Below are positions 1 to 10,301 of a stretch of 64,000 nt of DNA, piece by piece; positions within the stretch are counted from its first letter, which is position 1, and each line of letters opens with the position of its first letter. Both the position numbers and the translations under genes were made by a program. Below the pieces are notes generated by a model that searched no databases, was not told the DNA's origin, and worked only from the letters and a program-made list of their open reading frames with translations. Source of the stretch: Bdellovibrionota bacterium (GTDB taxonomy: Bacteria > Bdellovibrionota_C > UBA2361 > JAAYZI01); assembly GCA_050950765.1 (NCBI GenBank), contig JBMNIF010000002.1, positions 11,738 to 75,737 of the forward strand. The letters run 5' to 3'.

Positions 1-819
1 AAAACAACACTGAGACTTTTTAATTTCTGTGACCGCATGCCACTGTCTCAGATATTTTCTTTATCCTGCCATCACATCGCGATGTTTGCAAGATATTAAC
101 TTTGATGTTCGTTATAAAAAAAGTTTTCATAAATTTTGCGAACTCATCTTTTAAGATACACTCCAACGCCACCCCTTCGTGTTTATATTTTTAAAAATTA
201 CAAAAAACACCATCAATAAGACCATGCAAAAAAGCCTATAAAATAAGCTTCCCATTAAAGACATTCAAAACAAGACGCTAAAAAAATGACACTAGGATCT
301 GAAACAAGAACTAAAGAAACAGATGATGTTTTTCTTTGAGTGAGACCTTAAAAATTCCTTCCCTAAAAATTTTATCTTCAAAAAAAAATTACTCTCTCGA
401 CATTCCCTCCTCTATTACAATTATTACAATCTTCCTTTCCGATCTCAGGTTGGATTAAAAGATCCTACAAAATTCTCTTTTGAGTAAGTAACTCTTCTTC
501 CTATTTTTTACTTCATTAGATTGTAACCAAGAACGATCTTTTAACTTATCTAGATTCTCTTAAGGCTTCCAATTACAACACTAACATATTGTAATTATTG
601 AATATATTATTCCTTAATGGTGATTTAATTAATTATTTAATTCTGCCGATAACTATAGCGGTAGCGATGTAAAGGCATCAAAGAAGTGTACCGATATCTT
701 TGGTAAGAGATCTTACTTTAAGAGATTATAAAACAACTGATGGCTACTAGACTGCAACCTGTACTGAGTCAGGTCACAGGATCTAATGGTTTCATAAGAA
801 AGAATTACTTAGTGACGAG

Positions 820-1818
820 ATGACAACAACTGATACTAAAACAAAAATCGCTTCGGCTAACGAGTCTTGGCTGATAGCTCGTCAGTATGTTGGACTGTAT
901 GGGGAGTTCGCCAGTTCATTCAGTACAACTATTCGTTGGTGTAATAACAAAAACAAGCAAGGAATCGGAGAGTTTTCGCCTAATTTATTATGGCAACTGC
1001 GCAGATTATTACGGAGCGACACAGTCCAAGCGCCTCTATACTATGCTACTAAGGCATTTAAGAAAGAGGCTTTCGAGAGTACTGAGATTCATGACATTGA
1101 AGATGTCGCTGCACTGTATACACCACTAGAGTTAGCTTCAGTTCTAGCGATGTTGTATTTATATCGTCGAACAAAAAAATTATCTGACCCAACAGAGTTT
1201 GAACTATTAGAAGCAAACCTTGTCGCTCGTTCAGAGATTAGCACCTTCGTTGGAATTAACATTCCTAAGATCGGTTTCAGTATCGGGCTTTTAACAGGAA
1301 TCATTCGTCACATCGGATTAGCTGCCTTCCTTATGCATGACAAAAAGGGTTTTGCCGAATACCGTAGAATGCTAAAAATAGCAAATAAAATCATTGACTT
1401 AGAGTATGAATTCGCTCATTGGGGCTGTTCTCATATCGAGATAGGAACAGCGCTTTTAATAAATATCGGTTTCTCGAGAGAGTTCGCAAGATCATTCTCT
1501 TGCGGACTTTCAGCAACATCACCAGAGGAAGAAGAGGTGCTAAACAATCAAAGTTATGCCGTAAGGTGTGCAGATCTTTGGACCAATGCATACATGAGCA
1601 CTGGAGAGCCTCCACGTACTACTTACAGGATGGGGTTCTATCCTTCAGATCAGGCGTTAGCAGTTTTAAATGAAGCGGTGCATAAAACCACCTCCTCCGG
1701 AGGGCAATTTTCATGGTTTAAGAAATGTGCAGATGACTTAACTCCAGAAGCTGCACCTGAATTGGTTAACGGTAAGCACTCTTCAACCGAAGATCTCGCA
1801 AAACAAGAACAGGAATAA
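820..1818 (+). CDS. Hypothetical cytoplasmic protein of 332 aa with a possible HDOD-like signalling domain. The last 93 aa are duplicated downstream.
   Basis: Long intact ORF preceded by about 800 bp of AT-rich non-coding DNA. The region ...LLTGIIRHIGLAAFLMHD... resembles the HDOD helical core (GLLHDIG). The assignment is weak. Confidence 0.5.
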   Translation: MTTTDTKTKIASANESWLIARQYVGLYGEFASSFSTTIRWCNNKNKQGIGEFSPNLLWQLRRLLRSDTVQAPLYYATKAFKKEAFESTEIHDIEDVAALYTPLELASVLAMLYLYRRTKKLSDPTEFELLEANLVARSEISTFVGINIPKIGFSIGLLTGIIRHIGLAAFLMHDKKGFAEYRRMLKIANKIIDLEYEFAHWGCSHIEIGTALLINIGFSREFARSFSCGLSATSPEEEEVLNNQSYAVRCADLWTNAYMSTGEPPRTTYRMGFYPSDQALAVLNEAVHKTTSSGGQFSWFKKCADDLTPEAAPELVNGKHSSTEDLAKQEQE

Positions 1819-2325
1819 GCATACTACCGAAGTCAAATAAAAACACTTCCTCCCTGTTTTATACAACTATATAGTTTTTTATATCTAGGTCTTAAATAAG
1901 ATTCATCCAATGCCTAAACATCACCAGAGGAAGAAGAGGTGCTAAATAATCAAAGTTATGCCGTGAGGTGTGCAGATCTTTGGACCAATGCATACATGAG
2001 CACTGGAGAGCCTCCACGTACTACTTACAGGATGGGGTTCTATCCTTCAGATCAGGCGTTAGCAGTTTTAAATGAAGCGGTGTATAAAACCACCTCCTCC
2101 GGAGGGCAATTTTCATGGTTTAAGAAATGTGCAGATGACTTAACTCCAGAAGCTGCACCTGAATTAGTTAACGGCAAGCACTCTTCAACTGAAGATCTCG
2201 CAAAACAAGAACAGGAATAAGCATACTACCGAAGTCAAATAAAAACACTTCCTCCCTGTTTTATACAACTATATAGTTTTTTATATCTAGGTCTTAAATA
2301 AGATTCATCCAATGCCTAAACATCA
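1515..2325. repeat. Tandem direct duplication of two 402-bp units (1515-1916 and 1917-2318). The 9-bp microhomology AACATCACC lies at both boundaries and at the end.
   Basis: Near-identical sequence seen directly: the second unit repeats the 3' end of CDS 820-1818 plus its downstream flank. A few substitutions separate the copies, e.g. H->Y in the duplicated ORF. Confidence 0.9.
1939..2220 (+). pseudogene. Duplicated 3' fragment (93 aa) of CDS 820-1818 created by the tandem duplication.
   Basis: The translation is 92/93 identical to the C-terminus of the 332-aa protein. The fragment has no N-terminal part of its own. Confidence 0.55.
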
Positions 2326-2512
2326 CCGGTAGAAATAAGCCTCACTAAGCTTTAACTAGAACTCCACCTTTAGAGCTCTTCCCTTAGCTAGGAAGAGAGC
2401 TTGGCATAAATAAGGTTGAAGAGTCTTTCTAAGAAAGCTCCTTCGTTAGACAGGTTCAGTCACTTACTATGTAAGCCTTAAAAAAAGGGGCGCAGTGTAT
2501 AAAAGTCTAGCG

Positions 2513-4864
2513 CTAATTAGCCGCGTTAAGTTTCCTTATCAGTGTCATGCAATCTTTGGTAAATACTTTTTTGGAAGTCCTCTTAATATTTACCTTCTTG
2601 GATTGTTTTACGCGCAACCTATTGCTTTTGATAGCAGTACTACCAACAGTTATATTTTTATACCTTCTGACAATTCTCGGAAGATCGATAACTTTTAATG
2701 TCGTGCCATTTTCAAGAGAACCAGAAAATTCCGGTCCACATCTCCGTCCGCCCAAAATTAAGTTTAATGGAACTTCTCCGCTACCAGTCCCGATAAGAGA
2801 AATGTTCATCAAGCCGCCTGGGATAGCTTTTCTACTAACAGTACCGTCCTTCCTAACACCTGAAATCTTAATTGAAGAAAGTGTCATCGGAGTTTGATTC
2901 TCTCTCTCTTTATTTTTATCGTCTTCCACAACGGTCTTTACTTGGCAGTTCGGAGTAAATTGCAATGTCATCCCATCATATAAAGATGCGTTGTTATAAG
3001 CGTAGGTATAAGCACTATCACTCGCAGATCCCCGTACTCCAATAGTAGCGGAGGTTGCAACTAAAGAGGCTACTTCCGGCGTAGCAAAGGCATAAGATGT
3101 TTCTATTAAACCCGAAGGATAGAGTGTAACATTCACTGTTACATCGTCTTTATAAATGCTGGCGTAAGAACGAGCGTGCCAAGTGATGCTCTGACTGTTG
3201 GCATCTCCTTTTACCCTAATGCCATGACCTCTTTGCGGAAAAATTAGGTCTGTATGTAAAACGGCGATCGAATTTAGAGGCGCATCTGACCCGTTCCTAT
3301 AATCAGCTGAGCTTTGATTTTGTAAATAAATTACACCGTTTGGAGAGATGGTAATATTCTTGTATGACACACCATAAAACGGGAATTCAAATCCAAGTGT
3401 AACCTCAGGAAATTCTAATTCATCAACGTTAGAGATAATGTCTTCCTCTAGCGAAACATAAGAAGGAGCCTGCCTGCCCTCTGTGGCGCTATATGAACAA
3501 ACGGTCTGATTACCAACTTCTGGCTCTACGTTGCCATTAATCAACCTTCCCAAATTTAAAACCTTACCACTTTCAACAAGACCATCAAGTTTGGTGTTGC
3601 TTGTGCCAGTTTTTTTCAGATGTGCTGTCAGTTCAGTCGGTGTTATCTTCGGATAAAGAGATTTTAACAGGGCAACTGAACCTGTCACAAATGGAGTCGC
3701 CATAGAAGTTCCAGAAAGACTTTTATATGTTCCATTAAGGTAAGTACTAACGATACTAACACCTGGTGCTGCAATAGTTACCGTTTTTGCGCCAAAATTA
3801 GAAAAATCTGCTAAACTTCCACTTCTACCGATAGCACCAACAGAGATAACATTGGCTAAGTTGTAGCCAGCGGGATAAGTTGGTTTTACGTCGTTGTTGT
3901 TACTTTCATTACCTGCTGCTGCAACAAATGTAATCCCTTCGGCTAGTGCTTTTTCTATGGCGTTATACATGACTTGAGAGAACCCCCCACCGCCCCAAGA
4001 ATTATTCATGGCAACGATATTAAATCCTCGCTTCTTCATGGAAACGACATAATTAATGGCCTCAACTGCCCCTGCCAAGCTACCGGATCCTTTTGCGTTA
4101 AGAAATCTACATCCTAGCAACTTTATATTCCAATTTATTCCACTAATACCGATACCGTTATTACCACTAGCACCGATAACTCCCGCTACATGTGTGCCGT
4201 GACCATTGGCATCCATCGGATCTCCTTTTGCGCCGATTGTTGACATGCCATAAACATCATCAATATAGCCGTTACCATCATCATCTATACCGTTACCTGG
4301 AATTTCTCCGTTATTAACCCAGATATTAGCGGCGAGATCCGGATGAGTATAATCGATTCCTGTATCAATTACGGCCACAATCATGTCTTGAGAGCCCGTC
4401 GTGACATTCCAAGCTGTCTCTGTATCGATACCTAAATTCTTACTAAGTCCCCACTGTTCATTAAACTTGCTATCGTTAGGACGTGCAGCTATTGAGATCT
4501 GATAATTTGGAGAACAAGATTTTACAATTCCATTAGCTACGAGTTCTTCACACAGTTGTAAATCTGCAGCATTAACCTCTCTTATGTTTGATTTGGAAGT
4601 ATTTGAGGCGTTATAGCTGTGAGCACCTTTTAAGGTTACTAAACTCGATCCTTCTCCGAGAGGCTTTAGCTCTTGTAAGCCAAAAGAACTAAGTGTCGCT
4701 GCCTCTCCTTGCTGTAAAGCGAAAGGACCTTTTTCGGGTGGTTCAATAACGAACTCTCCTTCATAAACGTAATCAGTAGCAGCATTAGCGTAAAAAGGAA
4801 TAAAGACGGCAAGTAATAACACCGTCCATCGAGGGAATTTACTCAACAAGCAAGACATCAGCAA
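2513..4864 (-). CDS. Secreted subtilisin-like serine peptidase (S8 family) with a long C-terminal extension.
   Basis: The catalytic triad motifs DTGIDYTHPDL, HGTHVAG and GTSMATP are present. There is an N-terminal signal peptide (LLLAVFIPFYANAA). Confidence 0.85.
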   Translation of the reverse strand: MLMSCLLSKFPRWTVLLLAVFIPFYANAATDYVYEGEFVIEPPEKGPFALQQGEAATLSSFGLQELKPLGEGSSLVTLKGAHSYNASNTSKSNIREVNAADLQLCEELVANGIVKSCSPNYQISIAARPNDSKFNEQWGLSKNLGIDTETAWNVTTGSQDMIVAVIDTGIDYTHPDLAANIWVNNGEIPGNGIDDDGNGYIDDVYGMSTIGAKGDPMDANGHGTHVAGVIGASGNNGIGISGINWNIKLLGCRFLNAKGSGSLAGAVEAINYVVSMKKRGFNIVAMNNSWGGGGFSQVMYNAIEKALAEGITFVAAAGNESNNNDVKPTYPAGYNLANVISVGAIGRSGSLADFSNFGAKTVTIAAPGVSIVSTYLNGTYKSLSGTSMATPFVTGSVALLKSLYPKITPTELTAHLKKTGTSNTKLDGLVESGKVLNLGRLINGNVEPEVGNQTVCSYSATEGRQAPSYVSLEEDIISNVDELEFPEVTLGFEFPFYGVSYKNITISPNGVIYLQNQSSADYRNGSDAPLNSIAVLHTDLIFPQRGHGIRVKGDANSQSITWHARSYASIYKDDVTVNVTLYPSGLIETSYAFATPEVASLVATSATIGVRGSASDSAYTYAYNNASLYDGMTLQFTPNCQVKTVVEDDKNKERENQTPMTLSSIKISGVRKDGTVSRKAIPGGLMNISLIGTGSGEVPLNLILGGRRCGPEFSGSLENGTTLKVIDLPRIVRRYKNITVGSTAIKSNRLRVKQSKKVNIKRTSKKVFTKDCMTLIRKLNAAN

Positions 4865-5198
4865 TCCTCCCTAGATCAACATTGTGATCCATCCCACACA
4901 CGAGATAGAAAGTCGTTCAATCCAAGGGATCGCATTACGATCTGCCGCTAAATTCTTTTAGGAAAAATTATTTTTTTTGCTATTGGAGTAATAATGTTCA
5001 AAATTGTACAAAAATGGGCGTTTTTTAAATGAGAAATCACTCTTTATAAGAAAAGAGTCTACTATGGCTTCAATTTTTACGAGTTACTAAAAGGGCAATT
5101 CCTCGCTTCTCCCCCACTCTTTTATTCATCTTTGTATTGCAGTGAGGTACTTTTTAATCTCTGCACTCTATTTTTTGTGTTGTTATAAGTGTTGATAT

Positions 5199-5678
5199 TT
5201 AACGTTCCAGTAATGTCAACTCCAAAACACCGCTACTGATGAAACGAGCTAAATTCTTGGCGTTTCTTTCTGCTGCTTCAAGAGTTGCGCTAGGATGATT
5301 TCGATAGCAATCAACAGAATAGGTTGAATCCCCATTTGGCGAGATCCTTCTCCTGACTTCATAGATATACTTTGAATTACTTCCTCTGTTACTGATTAAC
5401 TTAGCGGTATTGATACTTAATTGTGCGTCAGGGATATATTGTCGAAAAAACAACCCTGCTCTCTGCCAAGCGGCAAAATCTTTTTCTAGGGAAAGTTGAA
5501 ATGTAGTTGGCGTCTGGTCAATCTCTGCCAAAGTCTGTTCTTTTTGCGAGATTACTTCCATTTGTAGGTCATTAGCAGAATTGGCGCTACAAGAAGAGAG
5601 TCCTAAAACGGTTAAGATAAGAACAAACTTAATATTTTTTATGTTTATCATAATCGAATCCTTAAATCCGCAGCACAA
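5199..5678 (-). CDS. Hypothetical lipoprotein.
   Basis: Signal peptide with a lipobox-like LGLSSC. No recognisable domain. Confidence 0.45.
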   Translation of the reverse strand: MCCGFKDSIMINIKNIKFVLILTVLGLSSCSANSANDLQMEVISQKEQTLAEIDQTPTTFQLSLEKDFAAWQRAGLFFRQYIPDAQLSINTAKLISNRGSNSKYIYEVRRRISPNGDSTYSVDCYRNHPSATLEAAERNAKNLARFISSGVLELTLLER

Positions 5679-5833
5679 GGTTTCTTTCCGCCTTCAATAC
5701 ACCAATACCTTTAAACAGGAAAGGGGGACAATAAGAACGGTGTTTGCTCCTTACATTCTTACTACGTAGTTTTATAGCTAATGCCGCTACAAGAAAAGGC
5801 CGATATTAAAGAGTAGACAGTGCAGTTTGTTAG

Positions 5834-6706
5834 TTGTTTCTATTTTTTATCGGCGTTCTCATGATAATTCGACTACTTTTTATAGTATTATCATTTTATA
5901 TCTTCGCATTTTCGGAAGTCTCAGCTGATGATACTGTCAGGGCACGTTTTACCCCTAATGCTACACGTTACAAACACACCTTAACAGTTGCTCCGTTAAA
6001 ACTTGCTAATGGAAGTAGTTTAACACTTGTCTCTCCTGCTCATTTAACAGGTCTAACCAAAAAGCTCTCTATCTTGCTTGAGCGGACACATCAGCAGTAT
6101 ACGAAAATTTTTGGAGAGATCCCGACGCTGACCACTTCAATTCGACTAATTGATGAAAGAGAATTCTTTAAAGTAACAGCGGCACCTGAATGGACAAATG
6201 CACTTTTCTATAAAAATGAGATCATTATTCCCATCCCTGAAAATGTTGCTGAGATAGACCTTGAAAATATTTCCCGCGCGATAAAGCATGAATATACTCA
6301 CGCTGTGGTGCACGCCTTATCTGCCGGACGGTGCCCTGGTTGGCTCGATGAGGGGCTGGCGCAATGGTCTGAGGGACCTGAAAATCCGGCTTTACAATTA
6401 GCTTTGCTTGAACTCTTAAAAAAGAATCGTTACATCCCTTTTGATAAATTACAGGGAGGTTTTACCAAATTGGATGTCGAATTAGTCCCTGCTGCTTATG
6501 CACAATCTCTTTACGTGACAAAAGAGCTTCTGACTCAACACGGATTTTCAGCTTTAAGACGATTCTTCAAAGTGTTACGTCACGGCTATAGCAAAGACGC
6601 TGCATTTATTGCGGGGTTTAATATGAATGAAGGCTTAATAGAAAACATCGCCATTCGCAGAATCAAAGCACGCTTAAATCAACGTCAAATCTCTGCTGCA
6701 CAGTAA
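5834..6706 (+). CDS. Membrane-anchored zinc metallopeptidase-like protein (Peptidase_MA_2-like).
   Basis: N-terminal TM helix. An HExxH motif (HEYTHAVVH) is followed by the third-ligand motif WLDEGLAQW, which is typical of the MA_2 family. Confidence 0.55.
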   Translation: MFLFFIGVLMIIRLLFIVLSFYIFAFSEVSADDTVRARFTPNATRYKHTLTVAPLKLANGSSLTLVSPAHLTGLTKKLSILLERTHQQYTKIFGEIPTLTTSIRLIDEREFFKVTAAPEWTNALFYKNEIIIPIPENVAEIDLENISRAIKHEYTHAVVHALSAGRCPGWLDEGLAQWSEGPENPALQLALLELLKKNRYIPFDKLQGGFTKLDVELVPAAYAQSLYVTKELLTQHGFSALRRFFKVLRHGYSKDAAFIAGFNMNEGLIENIAIRRIKARLNQRQISAAQ

Positions 6707-6739
6707 ATCAGAGATCATCATCCGGATCTTCCCTAGCTT

Positions 6740-7950
6740 TTTACCCCCATAGAGGATCGTCACTGAAGGGTGGCACCAGATTTTTAACCCCCGTCAAGAT
6801 CTAGCTAGCTCGTTTCGCTGTATCAGCCCGTCCTAGCGTCCCTGAAGGGTGGCACCAGTGATAAAGCCAACTAATCCGCCCAAACTGGTGGGTGGCACCA
6901 AATTCATCACCTGCTTGCTAGAAGCTTTTTGCTTAAAAAGCCTATTAGAATCAAACTATTATGACATAACTAGTTGTTTAGGAGCCTCTAGCTTCAGCTT
7001 TCAATAAAGAAGGGTGGCACCAGTGATAACCCCGCCCTGCTGTCCCTGAAGGGTGGCACCAGATTTTTAACCCCCGTCAAGATCTAGCTAGCTCGTTTCG
7101 CTGTATCAGCCCGTCCTAGCGTCCCTGAAGGGTGGCACCAGTGATAAAGCCAACTAATCCGCCCAAACTGGTGGGTGGCACCAAATTCATCCCAAATTCA
7201 TCACCTGCTTACTGAGAAGCTTTTTGCTTAAAAAGTCTATTAAAATCAAACTATTATGACATAACTAGTTGTTTAGGAGCCTCTAGCTTCAGCCTTCAAT
7301 AAAGAAGGGTGGCACCAGATTTTTAACCCCCGTCAAGATCTAGCTAGCTCGTTTCGCTGTATCAGCCCGTCCTAGCGTCCCTGAAGGGTGGCACCAGTGA
7401 TAAAGCCAACTAATCCGCCCAAACTGGTGGGTGGCACCAAATTCATCACCTGCTTGCTGAGAGCTTTTTGCTTAAAAAGTCTATTAAAATCAAATTATTA
7501 TGACGTAACTAGCTGTTTAAAAACCTCCAACTTCACCAACTTCAGCCTTCAATAAAGAAGGGTGGCACCAGATTTTTACCAGCTTCAGCCTTCAATAAAA
7601 AAGGGTGGCACCAAATTTTCCAAATTTTCAGCCTCTTTTTAGTTGCAGCCCGTTCCCGTCAAGACCCAACCAATTCGCTTTTCAGTTCAGCCCGTTCAGC
7701 CGTCCCTGAAGGGTGGCACCAAATTCATCACCTCCGTCAAGACCCAACCAATTCGCTTTTTAGTTGCAACCCGTCCAGCCGTCCCTGAAGGGTGGCACCA
7801 GTTTTTTAACCCCCGTCCAGATCTAGCTAGCTCGTTTCGCTGTATCAGCCCGCCCAATCGTCCCTGAAGGGTGGCACCAGTTTTTTAACACTAAATTTTA
7901 ACCCCAACTTCAGCCTTCAATAAAAAAGGGTGGCACCAAATTTTCAGCCC
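6740..7950. repeat. Array A of a mosaic short-repeat family: about 16 copies of the core GAAGGGTGGCACCA(A/G)ATT within a roughly 250-290 bp higher-order unit repeated about four times.
   Basis: Seen directly in sequence. The array fills the entire convergent intergenic region between CDS 5834-6706 (+) and ispF (-). Confidence 0.95.
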
Positions 7951-7962
7951 TATCAGATCTCT

Positions 7963-8445
7963 TTACGGAGTCGTTTTTTCTAATAAGACCACAGCGAAGG
8001 CAGCCATCCCCTCTTCTCTACCTAGAAAACCGAGATGTTCCGTTGTTGTTGCTTTAATTCCGCAAACAGATTCATCAATTAAAAGAGCTTCAGCTACGGA
8101 AAGTTTTATAGCTTGCTTAAACGGTGCAATGCGGGGTTTTTGAGCAATAATAGTGCAATCTAAATTTACAATCTCCCAACCGTCAGCGTGTACTCTTTCC
8201 CAAAGCCGCCTCAAAAGCTCTTTACTGTCTGCATTAAGATATTGAGCATCCGTATCGGGAAAATGCTCTCCAATATCCCCTCCACCTACCGCACCTAAGA
8301 TAGCATCCATAATAGCATGAGTTAAAACATCTGCATCAGAATGCCCGATAAGTCCATCTATGTCAGAAAGTTTAACACCTCCCAATATTAAAGCTCTATC
8401 ATGCGCAAATTGATGAACATCTATACCGTGCCCAATACGGAACAT
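7963..8445 (-). CDS. ispF: 2-C-methyl-D-erythritol 2,4-cyclodiphosphate synthase.
   Basis: MFRIGHGIDVHQF...GHSDADVLTHA is the characteristic IspF N-terminus and metal-binding motif set. Confidence 0.9.
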   Translation of the reverse strand: MFRIGHGIDVHQFAHDRALILGGVKLSDIDGLIGHSDADVLTHAIMDAILGAVGGGDIGEHFPDTDAQYLNADSKELLRRLWERVHADGWEIVNLDCTIIAQKPRIAPFKQAIKLSVAEALLIDESVCGIKATTTEHLGFLGREEGMAAFAVVLLEKTTP

Positions 8446-8556
8446 AATAACTACCTATGCCTTAATATTAAAACGATCCTATTTAATGCTCTAAAAGTAT
8501 TGTTGCAGCTACAATCAAAATAATAACGGACAACGCAATGCCGCGAATTACACTAA

Positions 8557-9414
8557 TTAAAATCCGTACCGTTTTGGATCTCTTAAAATAGCTGCGGTCG
8601 CAAAAACACGCGGGACAAATGCACGCGTCTCTCTATTAAAAAAGCCTCTTCGTGAAAGAACCCAAAAATCCGTTTCTCCGTTAGCAGCATTTATCTGACG
8701 TTGCACACCACCTGGTCCACAATTATACGCAGCCAAAGCCAACTCCCAACTTCCAAATCTTTTGTGCATATCTTGCAACATCCGTGCAGCGGCTATCGTA
8801 GAAAGGATCGGGTCTTTTCTCTCATCGTCAAACATATCAACTCGTAAGTCGTACTCTTGAGCAGTTCCCTTCATGAATTGCCACATCCCGACAGCACCGG
8901 CACGACTTCTCGCATTGTGATCAAGTGCACTTTCTACAATCGCTAATGCCAATAACTCCCCTGGAACCCCTTCGTCTTGTAACAACTCTTCAAGAACAGC
9001 ACGGTATTCACGTTGTTTTCTGAAGGCACGCTCCATAAACTTTCGCTCACGCCCTAAAAGACGGTGCATCTCTCTGTTAATTTCAATATTATCCGGAATC
9101 GCCAACTTAGGCAGCGTAACAGGGCGTTGGCGCTTAATATAAAGCGGAGCCATCGAAGCTCTTCTTGAGTCATAGTCTTTTACTGCAAGCTCTTCCACCA
9201 TTGAAAAGTTTCTATCAAAAAAGCCGCACCCTGTAAGGGTTAACAGAGATAGAGTAACAGTAAGAGACACCACACCTCTCTTTAAGGTGCTAAACGGTCT
9301 TGTGCAAGAAGTGCGATTGTAATTAATTCGTTGATTACTTTCTTCAGAACAACTGACGATCATGGGTGTATTTTCGCACGGTGTATTCACCCTTTTAAAA
9401 ATAAACGTGTCCAT
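8557..9414 (-). CDS. Lytic murein transglycosylase with an SLT domain.
   Basis: SLT motifs ...GMWQFM... and LALAAYNCGPGGV are present. A signal/TM segment lies upstream; the true start may be internal. Confidence 0.7.
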   Translation of the reverse strand: MDTFIFKRVNTPCENTPMIVSCSEESNQRINYNRTSCTRPFSTLKRGVVSLTVTLSLLTLTGCGFFDRNFSMVEELAVKDYDSRRASMAPLYIKRQRPVTLPKLAIPDNIEINREMHRLLGRERKFMERAFRKQREYRAVLEELLQDEGVPGELLALAIVESALDHNARSRAGAVGMWQFMKGTAQEYDLRVDMFDDERKDPILSTIAAARMLQDMHKRFGSWELALAAYNCGPGGVQRQINAANGETDFWVLSRRGFFNRETRAFVPRVFATAAILRDPKRYGF

Positions 9415-9578
9415 ACCGCCCTCTATACTACAAATAAGATCGTTCCTTCAATCATATCTCTTTTACCCCCTTGCGGAATTACACCTGAAAAGGTTATCCT
9501 AAAAGGAGTTGTATTAGTTTGTTGTAGTTATTTATCATATTGATTTAATTATCTGATTTTCTTTAATTAAGATATATT

Positions 9579-10199
9579 TTGAAATATTTTACATCTTCGC
9601 TTTGGAGTTCAAGAATGCATAACAAAAGCCGTTTGTTTTTTGCTATTTTAACCACAATCCTTTGCAGTGGGTGCGCTTCGAAACAATCTGCTGAAGTTAA
9701 AACGGTAGCAAATTGGATGTATAACGGTTCGATTGTTGTCGCCGGTCCTATTCCAGAAGTCTCAACTCCATCTGCTTCCACTATGCTTGCTTTTATGCCA
9801 TCTGCTGTTACAGCTGGTAAGCTTTGGCTCTCACTTGATTCCGAAGGTGGTGTTGCGAGGATAATGGATGGCATAACGCCTCTACAGTCTATAAAAATTG
9901 ACACAAAAACCGATCTCCCAAAAGGACGTTTTGAAGTTCTCTTAAAGCAACACGATGCTTTGTGGCATGCCAGTGATGAATATTTTAAAAATCGTTCTCT
10001 CCCCGTTCCAGATTTTGGTAGTAAAGAACGTTTTTTACGTGGGGCTTTAGGCGATTCAGTCCTCTATTTTAGTGAAGATCTCGCTATTCATAATTCATTA
10101 GCCTTAATCCCTGAAGTTGGGGGCGTCTGTGTAAACGATAAAGAGATGCAACTTCTCTACAATCACCTTGAAGTTGGTTCGATAATTGAAATCAGGTAG
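9579..10199 (+). CDS. Lipoprotein with a possible L,D-transpeptidase (YkuD-like) fold.
   Basis: Lipobox LCSGC. The C-terminal ...LAIHNS...VGGVCVNDKEMQLLYNHLEVGSIIEI resembles the YkuD His/Cys catalytic region. Confidence 0.4.
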   Translation: MKYFTSSLWSSRMHNKSRLFFAILTTILCSGCASKQSAEVKTVANWMYNGSIVVAGPIPEVSTPSASTMLAFMPSAVTAGKLWLSLDSEGGVARIMDGITPLQSIKIDTKTDLPKGRFEVLLKQHDALWHASDEYFKNRSLPVPDFGSKERFLRGALGDSVLYFSEDLAIHNSLALIPEVGGVCVNDKEMQLLYNHLEVGSIIEIR

Positions 10200-10301
10200 T
10201 GAACTTTAACAACGATCGCTTGCAGTTTTTGTTATAGATTGCTAGAAGAGGTGCGCTGTATCTTCCATCTACTTTTAGTTATATTTAGATCTTAAGGACA
10301 G

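Noticed and set aside
2547-2897. Plus-strand 116-aa ORF, and many other 60-125 aa ORFs antisense to or out of frame with long genes, e.g. 10527-10712, 16338-16544, 42784-43158, 43738-44010, 54688-55065, 58056-58334 and 61085-61357.
   Set aside because: They are fully embedded in well-supported long CDSs on the other strand or in another frame. They have no domain signatures and are typical shadow ORFs.
7643-7867. 74-aa ORF, and similar small ORFs at 63028-63407, with recurring KGGTKF/GWHQ peptides.
   Set aside because: These lie entirely within repeat arrays. The peptides are simply translations of the repeated core (AAGGGTGGCACCAAATTC). There is no start context and no conservation beyond the DNA repeat.
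6740-7950. Possible CRISPR array, suggested by the regularly recurring GGTGGCACC core. The same idea was considered for arrays at 25864-28372, 38350-38810 and 63070-63865.
   Set aside because: Core spacing is irregular at 32-141 bp. The intervening sequences are themselves repeated modules rather than unique spacers. Cores occur in both orientations. No cas genes or leader are present.
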